Shown here one piece after another: positions 37,501 through 49,663 of a stretch of 64,000 nucleotides of DNA (its first letter is position 1; each line of letters starts with the position of its first letter). The stretch lies in the NCBI GenBank assembly GCA_000165425.1, contig CT867985.1, positions 496,001 to 560,000 of the forward strand. The letters run 5' to 3'. This stretch comes from Paramecium tetraurelia (taxonomy: Eukaryota). A model generated the notes under the pieces. It saw only the letters and a list, made by a program, of their open reading frames with translations, was not told the DNA's origin and made no database searches. A program made the position numbers and the translations under genes.

Positions 37501-39747
37501 TTAAGAATAAGTAGAAAATCATGAAGAACACGTTGAACAATAAGTTGAAATTTAATAAGAGAAGGAAATTATTCATTAAGAATAACAATAAGTAGAGCAC
37601 GTGGTTGAATAACATCATTAAGAATAAGTAGAAAATCATGAAGAACATGTTGAATAATAAGTTGAAAATTAATAGGAAAAGGAAATTATCCATTAAGTAG
37701 AACATGTGATTGAATAACATCATTAAGAATAAGTAGAAAATCATTAAGAACATGTTGAACAATAAGTTGAAATTTAATAAGAGAAGGAAATTATTCATTA
37801 AGAATAACAATAAGTAGAGCAAGTGGTTGAATAACATCATTAAGAATAAGTAGAAAATCATTAAGAACATGTTGAACAATAAGTTGAAATTTAATAAGAG
37901 AAGGAAATTATTCATTAAGAATAACAATAAGTAGAGCACGTGGTTGAATAACATCATTAAGAATAAGTAGAAAATCATGAAGAACATGTTGAATAATAAG
38001 TTGAAAATTAATAAGAAAGGGAAATTATCCATTAAGTAGAACATGTGATTGAATAACATCATTAAGAATAAGTAGAAAATCATGAAGAACATGTTGAATA
38101 ATAAGTTGAAAATTAATAGGAAAAGGAAATTATCCATTAAGTAGAACATGTGATTGAATAACATCTTTAAGAATAAGTAGAAAATCATGAAGAACATGTT
38201 GAATAATAAGTTGAAAATTAATAAGAAAGGGAAATTATCCATTAAGAATAACAATAAGTAGAGCAAGTGGTTGAATAACATCATTATGAATAAGTAGAAA
38301 ATCATTAAGAACATGTTGAACAATAAGTTGAAATTTAATAAGAGAAGGAAATTATTCATTAAAAATAACAATAAGTATAGCCTGTGATTGAACATCATAA
38401 CTAATAATCATTTGAAAATCATTAAGAATATATTGAACAACGAGGAAAATTTTAATAAGAAACAGAAATAATTCTTTAAACTACTACTATCTAAAACTAT
38501 CAGTAATAATTACTAATCTCAAATCTTATAAAAACCTATCGAAAAGTAAGTTTTTGAGTTTATAAGAATAAGTTATATTTAATTAAGATTAAAAGAATGT
38601 TGATTAAATTTAACCCATTAACCAACACACCATTTCAAGAAATCATAAGCCCTTATATTTTTAATAGTAACCTGGATATATAAAATTAAACCCCAACCCG
38701 GAGTAGATAAAATATTTTAAAATTAAACCAAATTAATAAAAACCCTGAAAAAATTCCTTAAGTNNNNNNNNNNNNNNNNNNNNNNNNNNNNNNNNNNNNN
38801 NNNNNNNNNNNNNNNNNNNNNNNNNNNNNNNNNNNNNNNNNNNNNNNNNNNNNNNNNNNNNNNNNNNNNNNNNNNNNNNNNNNNNNNNNNNNNNNNNNNN
38901 NNNNNNNNNNNNNTAAAAGAATGTTGATTAAACTTAACCATAAACAAACACACCATTTCAAGAATCATAAGCCTTATATTCTTAATAGTAACATGATTAA
39001 TAAAAATAAAACCCAGCCGTAGTAGATTAATAAAATAAAATTTAAACAAATTAATAATAACCTGAATAAATCTCTTAAGATTAAATAAGCAATAATGATG
39101 ATTCAATATTTGCTGGGTTAATAGTTCAAAATGTATCTCAGTCATCTTCTAGTTCTAAAGATACTAATAATATTAATTAGTTCGAAACAAATCCAAAATC
39201 ATTGGATTCACTATAACAAAACCAATAACAAACTAACATAAGTAATACTTAGATCATAAATAATATTGTTATTGAAAATAAAAATTCTCAATAAAATGAA
39301 AATAATCATCCAACTTTAGATATTAATTAAAAAAATCAAAACCAATAAAATAAATTTAAAGAAATGTAAATAAATGATAATTTAGATTATAAATCAGGTT
39401 AAAATACCAACAGATTTGAAAAATACTAGGAAATTGAAGACCAGAATTAAACTCAAGATATGATTGAATAAAGCTAATATTTATAAGATGATAAAACAGA
39501 TTTATTATATAAAAACTAAAGCTAAGGAAATGATTAAATAACTGATTATAATCTAACTTAAGCTGATGAAAGTAAAAACGAAAAATAACAATATAAAGAT
39601 TAGAAAGTTTAAAATATAGTATAAGTTTAGTAAAATGATCATATCATAGATATAAAATAAGTTAATCAGACACCATCCACTAATTTACAAGAGAATAAGC
39701 AATAAAAAAAAAAAACATTAATTTGTAAATGTTGCTAGATATTTTGA
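34551..39747 (+). CDS. Large acidic E/Q/H/V tandem-repeat protein with polybasic CaaX end (assembly has frameshifts and a gap)
   Basis: ATG 34551, 22-nt intron, basic N-terminus, repeat core, ends KKKTLICKCCQIF* (TGA 39745-39747). Confidence 0.7.
35614..38400 (+). repeat. Coding minisatellite of interspersed 117-nt (39 aa) and 105-nt (35 aa) units, about 25 copies
   Basis: EHVEQQVENQQEKEIIHQEQQQVEQVVEQHHQEQVENHQ and EHVEQQVENQQEREIIHQVEHVIEQHHQEQVENHQ. Confidence 0.95.
38764..38913. other. Assembly gap (150 N)
   Basis: Run of N. Confidence 1.
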
Positions 39748-40411
39748 TTTAAATGTGTATATTTATTTACAAATATAAACTGAATCATTGCATAAAATTA
39801 TTTATAATTTTTTAATTACAATATGAAATGATTATAACTAAATAAAAATAATAAGTTTCTGCCTCTTTTTTAAGAATTAAGAATGAATGTAATTTTTATT
39901 AGAAAATATATTCAAATCCTACAAAAACCACAGATGGTACCTGTTTGAAATGAATAATCCAAAATATATAACCCTCATAAAAATTGAATTTCAAAAATAT
40001 TAGAGAATTTTATTATAAATATTCAAAAATTAAGGTTAAATTGGAGGAAATGGAGAGCTAAATTTTATAAGCACGATAAAGAATAAGAATTTAATTAAGA
40101 GAAATAAACTATCATCAAAAATGAGAAGAATATAATTCTCAGGAACCATAAAAACGAATTTTACCCTAAAATGAAGAAATTTAACAGAATTAAAAATATT
40201 AAAGATAATCAAAAAATATGCCAGCCAAAATATATAAAAATATAGGAGATATTTTATTCTTATTTAAATTCTCAAGTAAGCTAAGATAATCAACATTTTT
40301 AAATTTAACAAGAAATTAAATTAATTAAAATTGAAAGAGTTGAAATAAAAGTTTGAGAAGTAAACTAACTTATTGATTAATATAATAAAACTTAAAATAA
40401 ATATTTAATCC

Positions 40412-43400
40412 TCATATTTAGAGCATATTCTGAATTCTATTTATTACTTTCTAATGTGCAATCAATTTACATTTTATGAAATTTTCTAATGTTTCAAAGC
40501 ATCCTGCTTAATTAAAATTAATTCCATGCTATCTATAGTATGTTTGCTTTAGAATATCTTTTTCGCTATATTCAAAATGTTTAGGGCACAAGAAATAAGT
40601 TGATATATAAGGATCAAGACAATCTGGTTCGGTTTGTATAGTAATTTCAAACCCCCATAAAAAGGCACAAAACAAATGCATTTACTTATCGCATTCCTTA
40701 CATGACAATTAAACACCAATTTTTTCTTCACAAATCATACATGGACTTTAAGATTATTATATGATGCCTTTTTTCAGTTTAAATTATGTTTAATTAAATT
40801 CTAATAATCCACATAGTAATGCACAAGTGATATGAACCCAATATTATTCAATCTCTCTCAGAGGTATTCCTGTATAGCATTTTTGGCAAATATAGCAGAC
40901 CTATGAATTGTTTTATGATTTGCACTGATCACAATTTTCAAACTAATCTGTTGTGTTGTAACAATGTTTATGAAAAGTTGCTAAACAAGTACCACAGTAT
41001 GATAAATCATTATTACTATCTAATTAAATTAATTGATAGTTAAAACAGACTTTACAACATGTCTCTCTTGCTAATTCATCCTTTTAGCCTTATTTTAATT
41101 AAGAAGGATTGCATTTACCAAAAAAATTATCTGTTCTTAAACTACTTAAAAGATCTATCTTTTTTTTTATACTCATTTAATGTTCTTCATCTGTTATTTG
41201 TTTCATCCCCAACTTTGTGTTTTTCAATAATTAATAATATCGCAACTTGTCTAATTAAACATGTCCTTGCTTGCTAATAGAAATTTTTGCTTTCTCCTTA
41301 ATAGATTACTAATTCAAATAGTTAATGTCTATTTAATTTTGAAATTTCAATTTTTCGAGTTCATTTTCGTAATATTTTTCAAAATAATAATCCACATATA
41401 CTTAACTATCTTTGTCGTTTGAAAATTAATCGAAAACAGAATTTTCTGATTACCTCTATGGTTCTATAACTGTTAAGTTTTCTAGTACTAATTTTTATCC
41501 CTACCTGTCATAAATATCTTCATCTCCTTCCGAAGTATAAAATTTATTTTAAACATTTAGAATTTAAAATTGTATTCTTAATCCTCTTGTAGTTTTGGCT
41601 CATATAATTCATCATCCTATAAGCTATATTCAGCGTACATAATGTTTCCATTTCTAATCTCAAAAAGCACTTTCAAATTTTCTTGAAATTGTTTATCAGA
41701 ATCTTTAGTCTTCTTAAATTTTTCTATTGTTGAGTAGATATCCTATTTTGGATTAAAATATGTTTCCTCAACCTTATTCCACCATCCTTCCAGATTTTCT
41801 TCCCATGCTTCGTCAGATTATGGATAATAAATGATTTCATGTTATGCTTAAAGGGCTCTTGTTGTTTCATTTTTTCTACGATTTTTTGTTCTATTTTGTT
41901 ATTATTAATTTTTTAATAAAAAATTTAACAATTCTGAAGCAGACATACTTGAATAATCATCAACTTTGGTTAATTTAGAATTCTGTTTATCATTTTCAAT
42001 CATATCAGCATTAGGTATTTGTTTTTATTTCAAAGGCTCTTTTTAAAGTAAAACCTTTTTTTATCCTTCTTAATCATTATTATTAATAGGGTTGTTATTA
42101 TTGCTAATAATACAGCAATTAATATTACTATTTTGATTAATAACACCATTATCATTAGATTTATAATTAGTAGAATTACTATTAAAATTAGTAGTAGCGC
42201 TTTTATGATTATTACCATTGTTATGTATTTCATTAGTATTATTTTTAAATTAAGAGTTCAAAGATGACACTTGTTAATTATTTTCATTTAATATTCCTGC
42301 TCTTTTATCAGATAGTTCCATTTTTTTTTTAAGCAATTATTACATTTCATTTAATTCTCTCATTTCATCTTTTTCTTGTTATTCTTTATTGTTTTTTTAC
42401 TTTTCTACAACCTCTCTATATTAGTTTCTTTACTCAAAATAATTTGGAATAGTTGGGATACTACTTTTCTTTTCTCTAACAAAACTCAGTAGCTAATCAA
42501 GTGAAACATCACCATTTTCTTAAGTTTATTAATACGTCTTTTGTTCTTCCTTATCAATTTCTATTTATTCTGTTTTGATTTTTGAATAAGTGTTATTAAC
42601 TTTCACATTTGATTCTTACACTTTTTAAACAGGCTTAGCCTTTTTTTTTGGTTTTTCTATCTTATTAATTTCGATACCATCATCTGTTATGATGATTTCT
42701 TCCATAATCGCTTTTTTAATCGGTTATTATTATTATTCCTCTTCATCTACCGCAACTAACATCTCTTCCTTTTTTTTCGCTTGGTAATCAATTTAAAACA
42801 TTGGTCTTGGACCAAACTCATACTAGGATTTAAAATCTTTGCTTATATCCCAAAATTTCTATCTCTTTTTTTCCTATTCAACCTTTGTTTCTTTTTTTTA
42901 AACTTTCAACTTTTTAGTTAAATCTTCATCCAATCTTTTAAAGGAATTTTAATCTAGTTTTTCTCCTATTGTCTAAAATGGATCATCAACTGAGACAATT
43001 AAGTATTTGATTTCCCCTCTAAAAGCCTCTTCTTATTTGATATGGATATTTTCTTGGACTAAATTATACGCTATAGATTCCCATTAGTTCCAATCAGCTT
43101 ATAGTTCATTTTTATCAAAATGCTAATTACAGTAGAAATTGATCCTTGCTTTCGTGCAGGTTATTCTTTTTTTAACTTAAATGATGCAATCGATGTGATA
43201 TAGCATTTTGCATTTATGATGCGAACAATTAATGGAAGCCTTCTTTTGAGGAGCTTACACATTATTTAAACCTTAATCGCAAATAGAACAATCTATAAGT
43301 TGTTTGCTTTTGTGTATAGAATCCAATCCAAAAAATATATAGTCTGTAACGCATTTATCTTTAGCTAGATAATATTTCTCCTAAATTATTTGAACATTCT

Positions 43401-43572
43401 ATAGAAAAAACACTATGCATCCTAAATGACAATACTCTTTATAATTTTTCTTTAGAAATTATCTTTTCTCTTCCACTCTCTTCAATTCAAGGTAAGTTTT
43501 TCTATATCTATCCAATAAAATTGTATATAATTTCTCCTCTTTTTTTCTTCCACAAATGGAGCACAAAACCAT
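40412..43572 (-). CDS. PHD-finger chromatin reader: N-terminal extended PHD + C-terminal PZP module (~1045 aa)
   Basis: CSIC..HLGC..CSIC..CSHHKC..YHIDC..YCNQH; CKVC..CGTC..HKHCY..CDQC..CYIC..WVHITCA..CMIC..CKEC..HLFCA..CPKH; one 23-nt intron restores the frame. Confidence 0.8.
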
Positions 43573-44287
43573 AATTAAATATTGGGTATCAAATTCTAAA
43601 AGGATTTTTTCCTATTCAATTTTAAATATACTGCAAATATTTTCTAATTATAATATAAACCTTATAATCCCCTAAACTCAAAATTCTGAGGTTAACCAAA
43701 TTTGTCTGGTCATTTAAAATATACTTTTGAATTTATTGTTATCCAATTAATTAGGTTGCAGATAATGAGAAAATGAATAACTACCCTTATAATAAAAATA
43801 ATTAGGTTGGTTTTGCTATGTTATTATTTTGTTCCCATTTTGAAGTTTTCAACTACTTGTTAATTATCATCCTCCATATTTATAAAAAGTTCAAAATTTT
43901 CTGCTTATCAAATTGTAGTTTGCACTTAAAATAAATAAATTTAGATATTTATAGCTAATGATTTTGGATAAATAAATTTAATTTGAGAACAGAGAACTAA
44001 AGATATATAATAAATTCTTTGATTGTAAAGGATAAATCATCTGATAAATTTCTATTAAAGAAAGTTCATAAATACTTTTTGAATCTAAAATAATTGATAT
44101 TTACAAATTAATAATATACAATCCAAAACAGTATTTAATATAAATAATTAATGAATTGTAATAGTATGATAGAAAGTTTCGATCAGAGTTAACAGAGAAA
44201 TCTCTTCTAATAGAATAATTTAATGATATTTCCTTAAAGGTAAAAAATCGAAGATTTATTAAAAATTTAACAATTTTTTATAAATTT

Positions 44288-45415
44288 TCAGAAACATTTT
44301 CTGTGAACAATAGATGGACCTTATTCATCATATTCTTATCTTTTAATCCATTAAGGTTACTATGTAGATAGTGTACATTAGATAGACCCTCCAATCCAAG
44401 CTGAAAATCTCCTGTCAGGTGGAGCTGCAACTTAAATCTTCAATTAAGATGGTACCAAGTTAGTCAATTCATTACTTAATCTGTTTGCGATTCCTGGAAA
44501 AAGAGTGGTTCCTCCAGATAAAACAATATTTCTGCATAGTTCTTACCTAAGATCAAGATCACACTTCTTAATAGAAGAATATGCTAAGTGATGAATTCCT
44601 GCTACTTCCAATCCTATCAATTTAGGCTAAAATAAAATTTCGGAACATCTAAATTTCTGGCTTTTAATTGTTAAAATATTCCCATCAGGTAATTTATAAG
44701 GACTATCTTGAGAATTACTTTCTTTATAAATTCTCTTCTCATCTTGTGGATCTAATGCTGTGTAACAAAGCCTCTCCTTAATATTTTTAACTATAATCCT
44801 TTGATGTGGTTCTGTTAATGAATATCCCAATTCCTAGAGTATTTGCGTTAAATAATCAGTGCATAATCTTCCTGCCAAATTTATTTTAGTAATAGCTTGA
44901 GGTATTTAATGACCTTCAAAAACAGGTACGCAATGAGTTACTCCTTCTCCTGAATCAACTACCAAACCAATAGTTTTGCCAGATGTATAAAGGGATAAAA
45001 CAGCTTCATTGGAAATATATAAGCATGGCGTATTAAAAGTTTCAAACATTATCTAAGTCATTCTTTCTCTATTAAATTTAGAATTCATCGGAGCATCAGT
45101 CATAAAAACAGGTTAATCCTCAGGAGACATGCATAATTCATTGTAAAAGGCATGATGCCAAATTATTTCTATATCATCCCAACTATTTATTATTCCATTT
45201 TGAATTGGTTCTTTTATTGCTAAAACTCCTCTTTTTGCTTATGCTTCTTCTCCCACATAATACTCTTTATTAAATGTTGAAAAAATACCATCGTTTTACT
45301 TTGATCTTCCAACAATAGCTGGAAAACAACTTGTTGGAGCATCATCTCCCGCTATACCTATTTTACAATAACCAGAACCATTATCTATTACCACTGCTGG
45401 ATATTAAGCTTACAT
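44288..45415 (-). CDS. Actin (375 aa, divergent isoform)
   Basis: [59 protein letters not shown]; intronless 1128 nt. Confidence 0.95.
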
Positions 45416-45842
45416 TTGATTTTAGGATGATAAATTGAATATAAAATTATTTAGCTTGACGCATTCATGCAAATATTACAAAATTAATCTTATTGCTTTT
45501 ATTATTTTATCAACTGATGGTTATTATTATATTTAATTTTAATAATAGCCATTATAATTGCAGTATAATAAAATAAAATTAAAAAGTAATTCCAATTCAA
45601 TTACCTTTAAGAACTAAAAGTCAACTCAAAACAAATATTTTCCATTAATTTTATAGTTGATCTCATTAATTATATAATGATAATTTCGACCCTAATAATA
45701 TCATATAATGAAAAGAATATCACCATGGACAGTCTTGGTAAGTTAAAATTAGTTCATTAAGTTGATAATAGAATCCTAAAATAATAAATCAAAATTCTAG
45801 AATTAAACAATAGTATTAAATTTCATTATTTATTTATATTAT

Positions 45843-46153
45843 ATGTCGAAGACTCTATTGATTATTTTCGTCTTGCTAATCTCATTAAAGAGCATTGCAG
45901 CAGAAGAAATTGATCTCAGCTTAATTCGTGTACCAAATTGTACTTGAACATAATAAATTTAGATATTACATAAGAGGATGACATATAATTATATAAAATA
46001 AGAAAACAGCAGTTAGAATTCCAAAAATCTAAATATATGAAAATGAGCAAGGAAGAGAGGAAAAAAGTAGAGCAATAAAGTTTAGTATTTCAAAAATGGG
46101 AAAACGATCTCAAAAGGAAATATTAATATAAAAAACGATCAGACGATTTATGA
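45843..46153 (+). CDS. Small secretory-pathway protein ending SDDL
   Basis: Signal-like MSKTLLIIFVLLISLKSIAA; 23-nt intron; ends KKRSDDL*. Confidence 0.65.
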
Positions 46154-47299
46154 GTAATATTATTTGAATGTGTATAAATTGGGAAATTATACATTTTGTA
46201 GTTTTTACTTAATTATAGTAATTCAATTATCATTTCAATTTAAAGTTTTACAAAAAAAGTGTAAATAATTTTAATAAACTTATGAAAATAGATTTACTCT
46301 TTATCATCTCCTTTTCTATTATTGCAACTTAATTTTTCTATTTTCTAAAAGATTAAATCAATAATTATCTTTGCTTAAATATATCTATTTATAATAGTAT
46401 TAAAGATGTTAGTTTATAAATAACAACATATATCTAATAGTTATTTCAAAAGTATCAGATTTTCCAAAAGGAATTAAAGAAACCTTAAATAAATCACTGA
46501 TATATGTCTCTTTATTATTGATAAAAAGTGATTTTTTATTGATTATAATGTGTCTATAGTATTATCAATTTTCTTGTTTGGATTATTAAAACAGAATTTT
46601 CAATTATCTTTCTTATTAAAATCTTTTCGACTTTTTTATTTAGTATAACATCAATATCTTTTTCAAGGCGTATCTTGGTTAAAAATTAGGATCATCTACT
46701 CTTCAATCCAAAAATTCCAGGTTTAGAATAGAATAAAAATAAATCTTGCTCAGTTTCCTTTAATCATTTTCCTATATTAATAGTTAATATGGAATTTAAT
46801 TAGTCTTGCTTATAACTTTTAGATGATAAAGTTAGATCTATTTATCTTAATAATTACTTTACATAATTATTACATTGTAAATTGAGTAAAATACCAAATT
46901 AAGATTGCCGGTCAATTCGACATCATAATTTATTCTTTAAAGAGATAACAAATTAAGTACATTATGATGAATTCAAATTAATAGGCTGAGAATCTCGATT
47001 AAGTAATACACCTTTACGAAAAAATGTTATCTATATCTTAATATTTTATTTAAACCATTTGTTATTTAGAGAATAGAATTGATAACATCCTATTTGAATA
47101 GTATTATGGTTTGATTTAATTCATAAATTACATTTTTGATACTAATCAATTTTAGAAAAAATAGGATTATTCTAAGTTAATATATGAACAGAAATTGATT
47201 ACTTAATGCGTATGAATTTTTGGGTCCATAAAACATATTATTATAATTTTAAACTCCATCTAACTTAAATTGTTTAATCAAATTTTTACAAATAAAATT

Positions 47300-48412
47300 A
47301 TGATAGAATCTCATCCTCCTGTTGTAATTGAAAATTCTTCATGTAACATAAGAGCTGGAATTGTAGGAGAAGCGGCTCCGAGGTGCTGTTTTCCAACTCG
47401 AGTTGACAAAGTACAAGAATCTTAAACGATTAAATTTTTAATTGGCAATCAAATAGAAGAAAACTAATACAATAATTAACCTTGTTATCCAATTCAAAAT
47501 GGGTAAATAATGGATTGGGAATCTATAGAGTAGATTTGGAGATATATTTTTGAAGTCCAATTAAAAATTTCACCTTCTAATCATCCTGTATTATTGACAG
47601 AAGCGCCTTGTAATTCTAAAATCAATCAAGAAAAGATGACATAGATAATGTTTGAAAATTTTGAAGTTCCTTTTCTTCACATTTCAAACTAGACTGTGCT
47701 CTCATTGTATTCATTAGGCAAAACTACAGGTGTGATTTTAGATTCAGGTGAAGGAGCAACATATTGTGTACCAATTTATGAAGGATTCCAATTGAGACAA
47801 TAACTTTCGAAATTAGATATAGCTGGAAGCAACTGCACTAATTATATGTCACAAACATTAAAGGAGGAATTTCTCAAAATTTACACTCCATTTTAAAGAA
47901 ATTAAATAGCAAAAGCTATTAAAGAATCCTTATGTTATGTGGCTTTAGATCCAATTGCAGAGGAGAATAAATATTAAGGAAATACATCCCATAATAGTTC
48001 ATACATTTTACCTGATGGAAATAAAATTTCAATTAAAGAACAAAAATACAAATGTCCAGAAATTTTATTCAATCCTGCGAAGGCTGGATATGAACTGCCA
48101 GGCATTCATGAAATAACATATTAGTCTATCTTTACATCTGACAGAGATATATAACAATAGCTTTATAATAATATTGTAATTACTGGAGGAACAACTCTCT
48201 TCCCTGGACTTTAAGAACGATTACTTAAGGAAATTGAAAATTTGGTTCAGTCACCAACTTAAACAAGGGTTATTGTACCTCCAAATAGATTAAATTCAAC
48301 TTGGATTGGAGGATCTATTTTATCTACATTAACGAGTTTTAAACCATTTTGGATAACAAAACATGAATATGAAGAATTCGGACCTAAGATTGCTCACATT
48401 AAATGTTTTTGA
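47300..48412 (+). CDS. Divergent actin (370 aa)
   Basis: [53 protein letters not shown]; intronless. Confidence 0.92.
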
Positions 48413-48498
48413 CTTGTAAAAAATAATAATGATCTAACATTTGTAGAACTTATTTATTTATTAAATACTATAATACCAATTAATAATCATATAAAATT

Positions 48499-49598
48499 TC
48501 AAAAGCACTTTCTTTATACTATATTTGGCCCATATTCATCATAATCATTTCTAGATATCCAATCACTTGAAATTTAAGCCAAATTAGTCATAATACATCC
48601 TCCAATCCAAACAGAGAATTTTTCACTTTTTATGAAATTCAGTTGTTAAGAATATCTGTAATTATTAATTTTGCTAAATTCATAGTGAAATCGTTCTGAG
48701 AATCCACGAATTAGAGAATTGCCTCCAGATATCATCGTATGTTTAAGCAATTATATTCTCAAATCTGAATCACATTACCCTATACTATTCAAGGCTAACT
48801 AATGAAATCCAAAAATACTAGAATTGTCATACAATTTAGGATTGAACATTATCTCAGGTGCTAAGAAGATTTAAATATCTAATTTTAAATGAGAACCATC
48901 GGGCAAATCATAACTAATTGCCTGAATTAGATTCTACTACTGTTTCTGTAATTCTTATTCTTTATCTAAAGTAATGTAGCAATACTTTTCTTTTATATAA
49001 TCAAGAATTTCTAAATTTCCTACTCTTTTCTAATTTGACTGTGTAATTAAATGATTTAAGTAAGTTGAACAGGATTTACCGGCAATATTACAGAAATTAT
49101 CTTTAATATCTAATTTATATCCTTCATAAATAGGTACAAAATAAGTAGTATCATTACCTGAGTCAACAACAAATCCTGTTGTTTTTCCACTGGAAAATAA
49201 TGATAGAATTGATTATATTTAGATTATGAATTTCGATATATTGAAAGTTTCAAACATTATCTGTGTAGTTTTTTCTTTTTCATTTTTTGAAGTGTTTAAT
49301 TATGATGTAATTAAAATTGAAGAATCTTCAGGATTAGTCATTAAATATTCAAAAAATGCTTTGTGCCAGACAGTCTCCATGGTATCAAAATCTACAATTT
49401 TGCTATTTAATATAGGATATTTAATTATGTAATCCTCTTATATTTGATCTCTCGAATCTAGTAAATTTCAAGTTTACATTTCATTCTTTGAACAGGACTG
49501 GGGAAAGAACATCTTGGCATTCTATCTGATGAAAAGCCAACTCTGCAAAAGGCTGATCCATTATCAATGATAATAGAAGGTGAATCATTATTATTCAT
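48499..49598 (-). CDS. Highly divergent actin-like protein (359 aa)
   Basis: IIIDNGSAFCRVG, VDSGNDTT, LPDGS, SGGNS, WIGGC, VQRKCF*; a single 20-nt intron restores the frame. Confidence 0.85.
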
Positions 49599-49663
49599 GT
49601 TATAATAAAAATAGACTTATAAAATAGATTTTGAATAACAAATAATTAATTTATTGATATGAT

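Noticed and set aside
35584..38398. 386-aa and 515-aa Leu/Phe/Met-rich minus-strand ORFs in the track
   Set aside because: Antisense shadow of the + strand Gln/Glu repeat (TAA reads as TTA); the + strand has a proper start, intron and CaaX end
35614..38400. CRISPR-like appearance of the repeat array
   Set aside because: No unique spacers and no cas genes; units are multiples of 3 and coding; eukaryotic context
46270..47235. Possible gene between the actins
   Set aside because: The minus-strand frames I tried all hit TGA even when allowing introns; at most a relic
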